Part shown: piece after piece, positions 27,899-37,780 of the stretch
Layout: each line of letters opens with the position of its first letter
Position numbering within the stretch: the stretch's first letter is position 1
Source: a virus
Reading direction: 5' to 3' (one strand)
Virus record (IMG/VR): IMGVR_UViG_3300034063_001075
Coordinates: 1 to 64,000 of that record
DNA length: 64,000 nucleotides
Notes under the pieces: model-generated
What the model was told of the DNA's origin: nothing
The model's database searches: none
The model's input: the letters and a program-made list of their open reading frames with translations, nothing else
Made by a program: the position numbers and the translations under genes

Positions 27899-29659
27899 TT
27901 AAAAAGGCAAGCGCAACTCTTGTTTAGAGAGATTCACAGGCCGGGAGGCGGCGACTCGGTTGAACTTCTCTAGCAGCTTCCGCTTCGTAGCTCGTTGCCC
28001 TCCGAAGTCATCCCCGTAACCTGTTGAATCCGCCGTCATAGCATGACGCTGACGGGCCAAATCCAAAAGGATGAACGCGGCATCTGCTACGTCGGGGGAC
28101 TTCCCTGTGCGCTCTTTCATGTCAGACTTCGGCTCCACCCGGAGACGGAGGCTACCGCTCTTATCTGTAATATAGCGTCGCTCGCACATCTCCCGTGCTA
28201 GCTCCTTGCAGACGCCTCGAATCTGCCCGGTTCGCATCATCTCCTTTGCGGAAAACCAAATCTCAGTGACTCGGTTTCCGTACCGCTCATCAGAAGGCGT
28301 ACGGTCAGTAAGTGAAACTGGGAGTTTGCTAGCTCGGCCCCCAAACTGAACTCGCAAAACATCCCGGCTCCACAAAGCATCGACAATGTCACCGAAAGGG
28401 TTTCCGGCTCCTGTGGCGTCGTAAGCGGCATTTCGGGCAGACACCCCTTCCTGCTCGCAACGAGCCCGGAACTGGCGGACGATCTGGTAAGCCCTCGGCT
28501 CCTTCGAAGACACGTCCTCTACGAGGTGCTCATAACGATCGAAGCAAACGGTGCGAAGTTTAGTATTCGCATCGATTCCGACATAGCCAAAGTAAAGGAT
28601 ACTTCTGTCGCCGCCGTTGGTGAAAGCAGGGTCGAGTGCAGCAATAGGGGTGGGTGGGGAAAGCCAGAGCGGGGGAGCATCCGCTTGGGTCCGCACAATA
28701 TCGGCTTCGGCGTAAATACAGTCTTCAGAACCGCTCGGACACCAGAACCCACGAAACATCCGCCAGAAAGCGACTGATTTCTCGCCAAATTTTTGACGGG
28801 CGTCCTCCAACTTGTCTTCCGTAATCATCCACGGATAAACGGTGCGACCCGCTAGGATGTTTGGGCTCTTGATTCCGTCCAAATGGATGCAAATTCCTCG
28901 CTCGGTCTCCCACTCGTCATCGTTGACGGTCACCGTAGCCCACCCATTCTTAGGCTGGGCCAAAAGACCGAACGCGTCGTAGTAAGAGTTGGGGTTTCCT
29001 AGCCCGACCAACTGAAAATACGGGTTCGCCGACAGGTTTGAATAGGCTGCTTGTAGGATCGCTTCCGACAACTCAGGCAACTCGTCCGCGATGAGAAAAA
29101 CCCTCTTCTGCTTCAGACCAATCAACTTGCCAATCGCCTCTTTTTCGCGCTTCCGCTCGGCGGCGACTAGTGTGATCCCCGCTTTATCGGACAAAGCATT
29201 GCCCTCGGCGTCTTCAAAGCGAATCTGGCCGACTGAATCAACCAGCTTACCGGGAAGCCCCGGAACTGCCTGAAAATATTCTCTGACAGAGCCCCAAATA
29301 CGTTTTCGTGACTCCTTCAGGGTGGTCGAAGTGACCAAAATCATTGTCTCGGTGGGGGCGCACAGCCAATTCACAATGCTCCAAACCGCAAAAAAATCAG
29401 TTTTTCCCGAGCTAGCGCACCCGGCAACGGCCAGATAGTTTGAACGGCAAGCCCCGTCCAGCATCTGCTCCGCCCACGGATGCCAAGTCCACGGTTTGGG
29501 ACTGCCGGGATGCCAAAGAACATTGACAATGTTCCGAAAATGCCCAGCCTTACCGAGACCGCCTTGCTCGACGGTTCTACCATGCCGGAAGCAATAAAGC
29601 TCAATGTTCAGCGCATCTATGCCTTCGGGCCATTCTCGCCCATATCGGGTAATCCCCAT
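27899..29659 (-). CDS. terL: Terminase large subunit
   Basis: Walker A GCASSGKT, Walker B LIADE, GLGNP coupling motif, nuclease ALDPA and SPDVADA. Confidence 0.92.
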   Translation of the reverse strand: MGITRYGREWPEGIDALNIELYCFRHGRTVEQGGLGKAGHFRNIVNVLWHPGSPKPWTWHPWAEQMLDGACRSNYLAVAGCASSGKTDFFAVWSIVNWLCAPTETMILVTSTTLKESRKRIWGSVREYFQAVPGLPGKLVDSVGQIRFEDAEGNALSDKAGITLVAAERKREKEAIGKLIGLKQKRVFLIADELPELSEAILQAAYSNLSANPYFQLVGLGNPNSYYDAFGLLAQPKNGWATVTVNDDEWETERGICIHLDGIKSPNILAGRTVYPWMITEDKLEDARQKFGEKSVAFWRMFRGFWCPSGSEDCIYAEADIVRTQADAPPLWLSPPTPIAALDPAFTNGGDRSILYFGYVGIDANTKLRTVCFDRYEHLVEDVSSKEPRAYQIVRQFRARCEQEGVSARNAAYDATGAGNPFGDIVDALWSRDVLRVQFGGRASKLPVSLTDRTPSDERYGNRVTEIWFSAKEMMRTGQIRGVCKELAREMCERRYITDKSGSLRLRVEPKSDMKERTGKSPDVADAAFILLDLARQRHAMTADSTGYGDDFGGQRATKRKLLEKFNRVAASRPVNLSKQELRLPF

Positions 29660-29724
29660 GACCGTATGCAGGTATCATACCTCTGTAGACAAGTCAAACA
29701 TACCTCGACGGACGAAACATCCGT

Positions 29725-30022
29725 TACAGGGGACAACTTCACTGTCCCCAAAGCGTCCCCATACCCCTTTTTAGAGCACGACAGCATGAATATAAGTTGT
29801 TGTAAATGAACATTTTGCCGGCGTGGCGGAACTGGCAGACGCGACGGACTCAAAACCCTATAAGCGCGGAGCATATACCCACATATACCGCGCAAGTTGC
29901 GGAGAAAGAGCAACTAAACCACAAGGCGAAAATTTTTGATATTTCGCCAGTAATTCGTTTTCAACGACTTACAACAACTTCGAGTGCAACCCGTCCCCCT
30001 ATCGCACAAACGGGGGACAATT
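29725..30022. mobile_element. attP: attP region: 5' half of tRNA-Leu(CAA) with arm-type repeats
   Basis: tRNA fragment at 29817-29855; GGGGAC/GTCCCC repeats near 29729, 29745, 29755, 29993 and 30013; adjacent to the integrase. Confidence 0.7.
29817..29855 (+). pseudogene. tRNA-Leu(CAA) 5' fragment
   Basis: GCCGGCG-TG-GCGGAACTGGCAGACGC-G-ACGGA-CTCAAAA; the expected TCCGT and 3' half are absent. Confidence 0.8.
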
Positions 30023-30071
30023 TTGTTTGAACAGATGGTCGCATCTCCTGTCATATACCAGTACCAAGCCA

Positions 30072-31295
30072 ATGAAGACTGACGTGTTATCCTACCCGCA
30101 AACTATACCTACACCGCTGGGTCCGGTGAAAATCTATTGCTGCCGCAACGGTTTCAAAACCGAGTACGTCGTAAACTGGAGCATAGCGAAGCAACGAAAG
30201 CGGGAAAAATTCGCGGATGAACTCAAAGCGCTAAACCGTGCTCAGGAAGTAGCCAAAGACTTGAGCAAAGGGCGCATTGAGAGAACGGCGATCTCACCCG
30301 CAGATATTGCCGAGTTCATGGCGGCTAAACAGCTACTTAGTGGGGGTTCTTTGCTCCGAGCCGCTGAGTTTTTCGTGGAAAGCAACACAGGCCTCGTTCA
30401 GAAAACGGTCAAAGAAGTATGTGAACATCACTTGGCAGAACTCGCCATAGGGAGTAGCGAACGTCACAAAGCCACAACAAAGTGGAGGCACGGGGTTATC
30501 AACGAGGTCTTTGAAAACCGTATCATTAGCTCAATAACAAGGGACGAAATCATCGACTTCCTTAAAAAGGCGAAATGCCGATCCAAGCAGAAAGCAGGAG
30601 TGGCGATGAGCGGCAAAAGCAAAAACAACCTAGCGAACGCCTTCGGTGCGGTCTGGAACCACGCCCAAACCCGAATGAGCGCCCTACCTAAAAATATGCC
30701 ACACGCAGCGACAGAACTACCGACATTCGAGGAATCCCGAGAGAAACGGATATACACACCGGAACAAATGACAGCCATACTCCATTGGTTGGAAGATGAG
30801 GTCACCGCCCATCGCATCCCCAAATGGGTTCTCGCCACCGTAGCAATCAAAGCCTTTACAGGCATTCGAACGGCAGAGATTGAAAGACTTCAGTGGGAAG
30901 ACGTGCGTTCCGACGCGGGTACAATCCTCCTCCATAGGGGGCTGACCAAAACTCAGGAGGGACGTATCCTCCCCATCCGACCAGCCCTAAACGAATGGCT
31001 TCAACTTTGCGCGAAGAGGTCGGGCAAGGTAGCAGAAGACCAATTCTTCACGTACACAAAAAAAATCGCCGAAGGCGTGTTCGGCAAAGGGGCTCCGTGG
31101 GAGAAGAACGCTTTGCGTCATAGCTTCATTTCTTACTCAATGGCCGAAACCGGAAACGCGGCTACCACGGCAGACATTAGCGGCAACTCAATCCGGATGG
31201 TTAAAGCCGTTTATCAAACCTTGGCCGTCCCGAGCGATGCTCATAAATACTTCAACATCAAACCGAAAGGAGGTGTAGGTGACCTGCCGTCTTGA
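30072..31295 (+). CDS. int: Tyrosine integrase
   Basis: TGIRTAEI (R), TKT (K), NALRHSF, GNS, KAVY (Y) catalytic pattern. Confidence 0.9.
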   Translation: MKTDVLSYPQTIPTPLGPVKIYCCRNGFKTEYVVNWSIAKQRKREKFADELKALNRAQEVAKDLSKGRIERTAISPADIAEFMAAKQLLSGGSLLRAAEFFVESNTGLVQKTVKEVCEHHLAELAIGSSERHKATTKWRHGVINEVFENRIISSITRDEIIDFLKKAKCRSKQKAGVAMSGKSKNNLANAFGAVWNHAQTRMSALPKNMPHAATELPTFEESREKRIYTPEQMTAILHWLEDEVTAHRIPKWVLATVAIKAFTGIRTAEIERLQWEDVRSDAGTILLHRGLTKTQEGRILPIRPALNEWLQLCAKRSGKVAEDQFFTYTKKIAEGVFGKGAPWEKNALRHSFISYSMAETGNAATTADISGNSIRMVKAVYQTLAVPSDAHKYFNIKPKGGVGDLPS

Positions 31296-31346
31296 CTACC
31301 AACGAGACGGTATGCTAGGTTGCAGACACCAATACCAACCACGACT

Positions 31347-31574
31347 ATGCCTAACCAAATAAGCGCACACACCAAAAGGGTAACCTTTTGCGTAGATAAA
31401 ACGGACTACGTAAAATTAGAGCGCCTTGCATCCGAATCCGGATTGAATACTTCGGAACTAATACGCGAAGCGCTGTGGGAATACGTTGTCAAAAACCAAG
31501 ACGCCGAGTTTATCCAACTCCGGAGAAGTACCGTCAAAAGTAAGTTTGTCCGGAACCGCTTCAAAAGAAGCTAA
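31347..31574 (+). CDS. Ribbon-helix-helix DNA-binding protein
   Basis: KRVTFCVD...LERLA...SELIREAL; upstream TTGACT-N18-TAGGTT with extended TG. Confidence 0.7.
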   Translation: MPNQISAHTKRVTFCVDKTDYVKLERLASESGLNTSELIREALWEYVVKNQDAEFIQLRRSTVKSKFVRNRFKRS

Positions 31575-31715
31575 CAACATAAGGAAAACGCGACCACTTT
31601 TCGCGACTAAGAAATATGCAACCTGCACATTTGCGCTTGCACATGAATATTATCTAGATACGATTGCCGTTTCAGTTAGTAAAACTAATTAGTAACCACC
31701 CACCACATTACACCT

Positions 31716-31886
31716 ATGTCGTCCCATACGTGCCTAATAGAACATCCACCAACCAAAACCAAAGCCACAATATCACTCCCCAACACTCTGTACGATAAAA
31801 TCCTCGAACGGGCGCACCAACAAAACAAATCGTTGGAAGACCTCATCGCTGAAGTCGTTCAACAATCAATTCCTAGCAATGAGTGA
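31716..31886 (+). CDS. Second ribbon-helix-helix protein (not in ORF track)
   Basis: MSSHTCLIEHPPTKTKATISLPNTLYDKILERAHQQNKSLEDLIAEVVQQSIPSNE, 56 aa. Confidence 0.6.
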   Translation: MSSHTCLIEHPPTKTKATISLPNTLYDKILERAHQQNKSLEDLIAEVVQQSIPSNE

Positions 31887-32364
31887 AAAGCGCCCCATCC
31901 TCGGCGTTGATCCCGGCTTAGAACAATCGGGGTTTGTCCTTTGGGATGGGAACAAGATTATTGAGTCGGGGGTTATCGACAATGAACAACTCCGCGCAAA
32001 AATCGAAACAACGCCCGACAGTACCCACATCGTTTGTGAAATGATCGCCTCGTACGGAATGGCCGTTGGGCGAAGCGTGTTTGAGACGTGTGTTTGGATT
32101 GGGCGCTTCATGGAAGCTGCTTTGCGGAGAAATTTGGATTGGAAATGTCTCTTCCGACAAGAAATCAAAATCCACCTCTGCCATTCGGCGAAAGCCAAAG
32201 ACTCCAACATTAGGCAAGCTTTGATCGATCGGTTTGGTGAGCCCGGAACAAAGAAAAATCCCGGCCCCCTTTTTGGGGTCAAATCCCACGCATGGGCCGC
32301 GCTCGCCGTCGCTGTCACATTTTGTGATTTCAAATATGCAACCAGCATATACCCGCCCGAATGA
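31879..32364 (+). CDS. RuvC-like Holliday junction resolvase
   Basis: ILGVDPG, IVCE, HAWAALAVA motifs. Confidence 0.75.
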   Translation: MSEKRPILGVDPGLEQSGFVLWDGNKIIESGVIDNEQLRAKIETTPDSTHIVCEMIASYGMAVGRSVFETCVWIGRFMEAALRRNLDWKCLFRQEIKIHLCHSAKAKDSNIRQALIDRFGEPGTKKNPGPLFGVKSHAWAALAVAVTFCDFKYATSIYPPE

Positions 32365-32606
32365 AAAAACGCGGAGTCAAAGTCATCCGAAGGAAACTTG
32401 GTCGGGAACAAGCCGACGGGCTCTGCACTTTCGACGGGAAAGTCCACGTCGATGAAAGACTTAGGGGAATCAAACACATGGAGACGCTTCTCCATGAACT
32501 TCTCCACCACGAATTCCCGTTCCTGAGCGAAGACGCAGTGGATGCGTCAGCGAAAAGCATGGCAACGACCATGTATGACGACCATTGGCGGCGAGTGGAA
32601 CAATGA
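32361..32606 (+). CDS. Small HEXXH zincin-like protein
   Basis: ETLLHELLH...SEDAV. Confidence 0.6.
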   Translation: MKKRGVKVIRRKLGREQADGLCTFDGKVHVDERLRGIKHMETLLHELLHHEFPFLSEDAVDASAKSMATTMYDDHWRRVEQ

Positions 32607-32612
32607 AACCTT

Positions 32613-33359
32613 ATGCTAAACATACTGAAAAAGAACAACCCCCTCGAAATCTACTGGTGGACCGACGTCGAAGGGCTCGCTGAGGTATGTCCGATCCTAA
32701 GAGGTCACGAAGTTCCGCCCCCTGACTACTGGACTAAAATCCCGAAAATTCCGGACCTCAGCAACGTAAAGGACCGAGGGACCGCAAAGAACTGTCCCGC
32801 CATTCCCGATATGTGGAACATGGGGTATGTCCTTCCGCTTTGGTGTGACACAAAGTTTACGTTTTCCGAAGGGGGCAAATACACAATCGTTCCTTCAGAC
32901 AACAGGTTCTCTTTTACGCACCACGGCGACAGTCAGTACAAAGACCACCTCCCAAAAAAAGTTCAGGACGCTGTGAAAATGGTGATCAAGGCGAACTGTC
33001 CGTGGAGGGTCCGGACCCCGGAGGGGTACAGTATGATGCAGTTGCCGATGTACTACCACCACGACGAGCTTTTCGAAGTGATGCCGGGGACCATCTGGAC
33101 GGATATCCACCATGAAATCAACCAGCAGATGGTGATCAAAAAGCATGGGGAGTTCATCCTCAAGCGAGGACACCCACTCGCGGCTTACATCCCGTTCCGA
33201 AGGGACAACTTCAAAACAATCATTGAGGGACCCAACCCCCGCAACAGAGCGTGGGACTTGGAATCTCGGACACGTCTTTGGACTAAGTTTCGGTTTGGAT
33301 ATCGAATGGGTCAGGCTGAGCACAAGAAGAAGTGCCCGTTTCACTCACTGTTCCAATGA
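32613..33359 (+). CDS. DUF6065 / dUTPase-like fold protein
   Basis: KNCPAI..GYVLPLW, PWRVRTPEGYS, PGTIWTD, KRGHPLAAYIPF. Confidence 0.55.
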   Translation: MLNILKKNNPLEIYWWTDVEGLAEVCPILRGHEVPPPDYWTKIPKIPDLSNVKDRGTAKNCPAIPDMWNMGYVLPLWCDTKFTFSEGGKYTIVPSDNRFSFTHHGDSQYKDHLPKKVQDAVKMVIKANCPWRVRTPEGYSMMQLPMYYHHDELFEVMPGTIWTDIHHEINQQMVIKKHGEFILKRGHPLAAYIPFRRDNFKTIIEGPNPRNRAWDLESRTRLWTKFRFGYRMGQAEHKKKCPFHSLFQ

Positions 33360-33362
33360 GCT

Positions 33363-33581
33363 ATGAAAGCCATTTTAGAATTCAATCTGCCTGAAGACAA
33401 AGACGACTTCGAAGTGGCCCAGCAAGGTTGGCAGTGGAAACTGATCGTGTCTGATCTGCTCGACTTTTTGCGGAGTGAAACCAAGTACAAGGATCACACC
33501 GCCGAAGAGTACGCGGTCTTTGACCTGATACGCGACCGCCTTTCGGACGAAATACGGGATAGAAACCTCTCCGTTTGGTGA
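33363..33581 (+). CDS. Hypothetical phage protein
   Basis: MKAILEFNLPED start; 72 aa. Confidence 0.6.
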   Translation: MKAILEFNLPEDKDDFEVAQQGWQWKLIVSDLLDFLRSETKYKDHTAEEYAVFDLIRDRLSDEIRDRNLSVW

Positions 33582-33724
33582 TGAGTGGGCCGTTAATCCT
33601 CTTCGTAATGGTCATCTACGGAATCATCTCCGTTGATCAGTTTCTTCGAGGAAACATGGGAATGGGGATCACGTGGGCTGGATACAGTTTGGCGAACATT
33701 GGGCTATACCTCGCATCCCGGTGA
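33581..33724 (+). CDS. Small two-TM membrane protein (not in ORF track)
   Basis: MSGPLILFVMVIYGIISVDQFLRGNMGMGITWAGYSLANIGLYLASR; start/stop overlaps with both neighbours. Confidence 0.6.
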   Translation: MSGPLILFVMVIYGIISVDQFLRGNMGMGITWAGYSLANIGLYLASR

Positions 33725-36204
33725 AAAAACTTTACCCAGTGCAGGAGGCTAGCAGGGAACGCCTCCTATTTGCTATTCGCGAATACCGATCGGCGCTGGA
33801 TGCCAGCGAAACAGGGACGGGTAAAACCATCGTGGGGGCCGACGTTGCCAGAGTGCTTGAGCGCCCAACCCTTGTAGTCTGTCCTAAGATTGTTATCCCG
33901 GCATGGAAGGCGGAGCTAGCAGAACGTGGGGTCAACGTGATCGGTGTGATCAACTACGAACTTCTCCGCACAGGGAAAACAAAGTTTGGACACTGGGACG
34001 GGAAGCTTTGGGTTTGGACGCTTCCGGAGGAGCCGTTGATTATCTGGGACGAAGTCCACAGGTGTCAGGGAGTGTCTACCAAGAACGCCAAAATGCTCAT
34101 CGCCGCCAAGCCGCTCTTAAACTTGATGTGCTCTGCCACAGCCGCCGAGGACCCGACAGAGATGCGAGCGCTAGGGTATGTCCTCGGACTGCACAGCTTG
34201 GCAAACTTTTGGTCTTGGGCTCAAAGACACGGATGCTTCAGGAACCACTGGGGAGGCTTTGAGTTTCGAGGCACAGCCCAACTTCTCAAGACTATTGCCG
34301 ATCAAATATTTCCTAAAAGGGGGTCGTTGGTGACGAAGGTGATGCTAGCAGACCACTTCACTGAAACTCAGATAATCACGACACCTTTGGACATCGGTGA
34401 CGGTGGGAAGATTCAGAAAGTCTACGAAGACATGGAGCGGGAGCTTCAAAAACTAGAGCTTCAGGCCGCAGGGGACCGCAAGGGCCACGAACACGAAAAG
34501 CTGGTTGCCATGTTGCGAGCGCGGCAAAAAGTGGAATTGTTAAAAGTGCCTGTCTTTATTGAACTTGCGGAGGACCTCCTGCGTGAGGGGTACAGTTTAG
34601 CCATCTTTGTGAACTTCGACGCGACCGCCGAGGCGCTGAAAGAAAGGTTGGAAAACCCCGACATCATTCGTGGGGGTCAATCGGCTAAGGAGCGACAAGA
34701 GATAATAGAGAGATTTCAAAACAATGAAAAAAAAGTCATCATCGCAAACATCGCCGCAGGCGGGGTGGGCGTCTCGCTCCACGACCAAAAAGGCGGTCAC
34801 CCGAGAGCGGCGATCATCTCGCCGTCGTGGAACGCGAAAGACCTCGTCCAAACGCTCGGGCGCGTCCACAGAGCGGGGGGCAAAACGCCGTCGCTCCAAA
34901 AAATTGTCTTCGCTGCTGGGACCATTGAGGAAGAAATTGAGCGAAGTGTGCGGTCAAAGCTGGCGCAACTAAAAGTTCTCAATCCGGAACAAGCGAATTT
35001 GAACGACTTGACTTTTTTTGAGTCTGGTATATGTTACCCGCCATCACCCTGCCATACATCTCAAAAACCGCCCAACCCAATGTCTGAGCCTACGCAAAAG
35101 AAACACGCCGAGTTCTCCCCAAGTGGTTTGAAATATTTTGAAATGTGCCCGTCGTTCACGCGACGCGAAGGCACTAACGTAATCGCCGAGAGGGGCACAC
35201 GAATCCACGAAGCGCTCGAAACGGGAGACTTCAGCAAGTTGGAAAATGATGAAGAGGTCAACATTGCTTCGCTATGCCGATCGTTCGTGGCGGACCTCAT
35301 TGAATCGAAGGGCTGGAAATCAATCAAGCGGATCAACGAGCTTCGCCTAGAAGTCGATCTAGGCCAAGGCGTCGATACTTTCGGGACCTGCGACGTTTTT
35401 GTCCAGAGTGGCAACGAAGCCGTCATGGTCGATTTCAAGACGGGATGGGGAAGGGTAGATGACGCTGAAGAAAACGCCCAAGCCCAATGCTATGTGCTCG
35501 GGGCGTTCCAACGATTTCCGGAGTTGGAAACCATAGAGTTCTACTTCGCCATCCCGCACCGAGACGAAATCTCTTACGCGACCTACAAAAGGTCGGATTG
35601 CGATAAAATCGCCCTCCGATTCAACACCGTTATCCGTCGGGCGAGAGCGGCAAGGAGTGGAAAACTCCCACCAGTTGAAGCCTATTCACCGTCCCACGGA
35701 CTTTGTGAGTATTGCGGATTCCAAAGTTCCTGCCCCGCGCTCGCCGACAAGGTTCTTTCGATAGCCAAAAGGTACCAGCCCGACAGGATTGAACTTCCAG
35801 AGACGGTCGATGGGGCTGCGACAAACGACCCTGAAGTGCTAGCAACCCTTCTCAAGCTAGCACCGATTGCGGAGGAATGGGCCTCGTCGATCCGTAAACG
35901 CTGTATCGAACTGGCGGTGCAAGAAGGGGTGAATTTCCCCGGTTTCAAACGCGTTGAACGAAGGGCGGCTCGGAAAATCCTGTCTGTAAGTGGGGCCTTT
36001 GATCAGGTCAAGGACGTCATGCCCTTCGAAGAATTTCTAAAAGCTTGTGACACCGTGTCGATAAGCAAACTGGAAGAAGCATTTGCGAGTCACGCTGCGA
36101 AGGGAAAAAAGAGCAACTCGCGCCAAATTTTAGAATGTCGGCTTAAAGACGCTGGCCTTCTGAAAGAAGAACAGGGGTTCATCTATTTGAAACAAATCAA
36201 GTAG
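33721..36204 (+). CDS. SF2 (SNF2-like) helicase in frame with a Cas4-like PD-(D/E)XK nuclease
   Basis: TGTGKT, WDEVH, SAT, QTLGRVHR; then SPS..CP, GTCD, VDFKTG, CEYC..CP; probable internal start at 35080. Confidence 0.85.
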   Translation: MKKLYPVQEASRERLLFAIREYRSALDASETGTGKTIVGADVARVLERPTLVVCPKIVIPAWKAELAERGVNVIGVINYELLRTGKTKFGHWDGKLWVWTLPEEPLIIWDEVHRCQGVSTKNAKMLIAAKPLLNLMCSATAAEDPTEMRALGYVLGLHSLANFWSWAQRHGCFRNHWGGFEFRGTAQLLKTIADQIFPKRGSLVTKVMLADHFTETQIITTPLDIGDGGKIQKVYEDMERELQKLELQAAGDRKGHEHEKLVAMLRARQKVELLKVPVFIELAEDLLREGYSLAIFVNFDATAEALKERLENPDIIRGGQSAKERQEIIERFQNNEKKVIIANIAAGGVGVSLHDQKGGHPRAAIISPSWNAKDLVQTLGRVHRAGGKTPSLQKIVFAAGTIEEEIERSVRSKLAQLKVLNPEQANLNDLTFFESGICYPPSPCHTSQKPPNPMSEPTQKKHAEFSPSGLKYFEMCPSFTRREGTNVIAERGTRIHEALETGDFSKLENDEEVNIASLCRSFVADLIESKGWKSIKRINELRLEVDLGQGVDTFGTCDVFVQSGNEAVMVDFKTGWGRVDDAEENAQAQCYVLGAFQRFPELETIEFYFAIPHRDEISYATYKRSDCDKIALRFNTVIRRARAARSGKLPPVEAYSPSHGLCEYCGFQSSCPALADKVLSIAKRYQPDRIELPETVDGAATNDPEVLATLLKLAPIAEEWASSIRKRCIELAVQEGVNFPGFKRVERRAARKILSVSGAFDQVKDVMPFEEFLKACDTVSISKLEEAFASHAAKGKKSNSRQILECRLKDAGLLKEEQGFIYLKQIK

Positions 36205-36244
36205 GCCCCCACCAACTAAACACAAACAATCAAATCAACAAATT

Positions 36245-36997
36245 ATGGCTACAATGTCATTCCGTAATAAAAACACCGAAGAAAAAACCGAGCCCGTCAT
36301 CGAAGTCGTTGCTGAAACGACAGCAATAACCCCCGCCACTGAAAAAACAGTCGCGGTCCCTGTAAGTGCTTCAGGTGACGTTCGCGGTGAGTTCGGTATT
36401 TCCGATATCAAACTCCCCTACCTCAAGATCGTCCAAAAGATCAGCAACGATGCTGAGAGATTCGGGGCGGGAAGTATCCTCTTTAACGGGGAAGTCAAAG
36501 TCGGAGGAGAGAACCAGCCTTTTAGTGCCACGTTCCTCTCGCTCGACAAAATGTATGAGGAGAAGCTCCCAATGGACGCTCAGAAACGCCCGTTGGTGTT
36601 CGACAAAGCTGACGACGTTATTCAGGCGGGTGGCAGCTTCAACCCAAACGACGAGCACTACTTCCAAGACGTCGCGCTCATGCGTGTTGTCATCGAAAAA
36701 CCGGAGAACGCGTCCGACCAAGACTCACTCCTGTTCCCGTACAAAGCACCGAACGGCAAGTGGTACGCACAATCGCTGTGGTCCGCACGGGGTACTTCGT
36801 ATTCGCAAACGGGTCCGGTTCTCTACACCGCAAGCATGAACTTCCTCGCCAACGGACTGTATCGCGGTCAGTGGGCGGTCAGCACGGAGAAACGCACGAA
36901 CAGTAAGGGTTCTTGGCACATTCCGTCGCTCCGGTTCATGGGAGAGCACGAAGAAGAAATGCAAAACTTCTTCCTGAAACTTCGCGGGAGCAAGTAG
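36245..36997 (+). CDS. Putative single-stranded DNA-binding protein
   Basis: DIKLPYLKIVQ...NSKGSWHIP, in the replication block. Confidence 0.55.
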   Translation: MATMSFRNKNTEEKTEPVIEVVAETTAITPATEKTVAVPVSASGDVRGEFGISDIKLPYLKIVQKISNDAERFGAGSILFNGEVKVGGENQPFSATFLSLDKMYEEKLPMDAQKRPLVFDKADDVIQAGGSFNPNDEHYFQDVALMRVVIEKPENASDQDSLLFPYKAPNGKWYAQSLWSARGTSYSQTGPVLYTASMNFLANGLYRGQWAVSTEKRTNSKGSWHIPSLRFMGEHEEEMQNFFLKLRGSK

Positions 36998-37000
36998 CAC

Positions 37001-37324
37001 ATGAAGCTACGACGCACATACGAGCGCTTCGTAGTATGGCTCATCGGGAAGCTGGCGGACACGATCGTCCGTCCAGCGCCCCTTGAGCTAGTATCGAAGC
37101 TGGAACTCAAACCGTTCATGCACGTTGTCTTCGGAGACAACGGTGTCCGGCACATCGGAATCTATTGTGACGGTGTGTGGAAGGCGCTTAATGGCTATCC
37201 CGAGATGGGAATCCGAGGCGAGTTCGGTTTGAAATTTGTGGGTAACCCACCAAAACCGAAACGTGTGAGATTGGAAACCAAAAAGAAAAAGCACGGAAAG
37301 CGTGGAGTTGCTAATGCAAGCTGA
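37001..37324 (+). CDS. Hypothetical protein
   Basis: 107-aa ORF within the operon. Confidence 0.45.
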   Translation: MKLRRTYERFVVWLIGKLADTIVRPAPLELVSKLELKPFMHVVFGDNGVRHIGIYCDGVWKALNGYPEMGIRGEFGLKFVGNPPKPKRVRLETKKKKHGKRGVANAS

Positions 37325-37664
37325 CGCCGTCATTACATATAATCCCGAAGAATTCGTCGATGCGACCGTTGACGATCTAGCTGCCAAACTCGGTCTCCAG
37401 ACCGACATGGGTAAGGCGGCGTTGAAGGTAGCCCTTGAAAACATTAAACTGCTGGATCGAAAACAGCAGGATTATGGATCAGGCAACATCGCGACCTTCG
37501 GGGAAAAAGGGGTCTTAGTCCGTTGTGTGGACAAGACTGAACGACTAAAACAGTTGGTGTGGAAATCCAAGACCGCTAAGAACGAGACCATTTACGACTC
37601 GTGGCAGGACTTGGCTAACTACGCCGTAATTGCACAACTCTGTTCGCAGGGTTTGTGGAAATAA
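37302..37664 (+). CDS. Nucleotide modification associated domain 1 (DUF1599) protein
   Basis: KQQDYG, VRCVDKTERL, DSWQDLANYAVI. Confidence 0.75.
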   Translation: MELLMQADAVITYNPEEFVDATVDDLAAKLGLQTDMGKAALKVALENIKLLDRKQQDYGSGNIATFGEKGVLVRCVDKTERLKQLVWKSKTAKNETIYDSWQDLANYAVIAQLCSQGLWK

Positions 37665-37780
37665 GAAAATAATTCTTCGTGGGCGGGACGTATGCTGACC
37701 GGAGAGATTCCGGTAGACGTGTAAAAAAAGGCAAGACAACGGACGTGCATAGGCGTCCGAAAGGTGGGTCTGCCGTTGGC

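Noticed and set aside
29817-29900. Complete tRNA-Leu gene
   Set aside because: The anticodon 3' strand, T arm and acceptor 3' strand are missing; treated as an attP fragment
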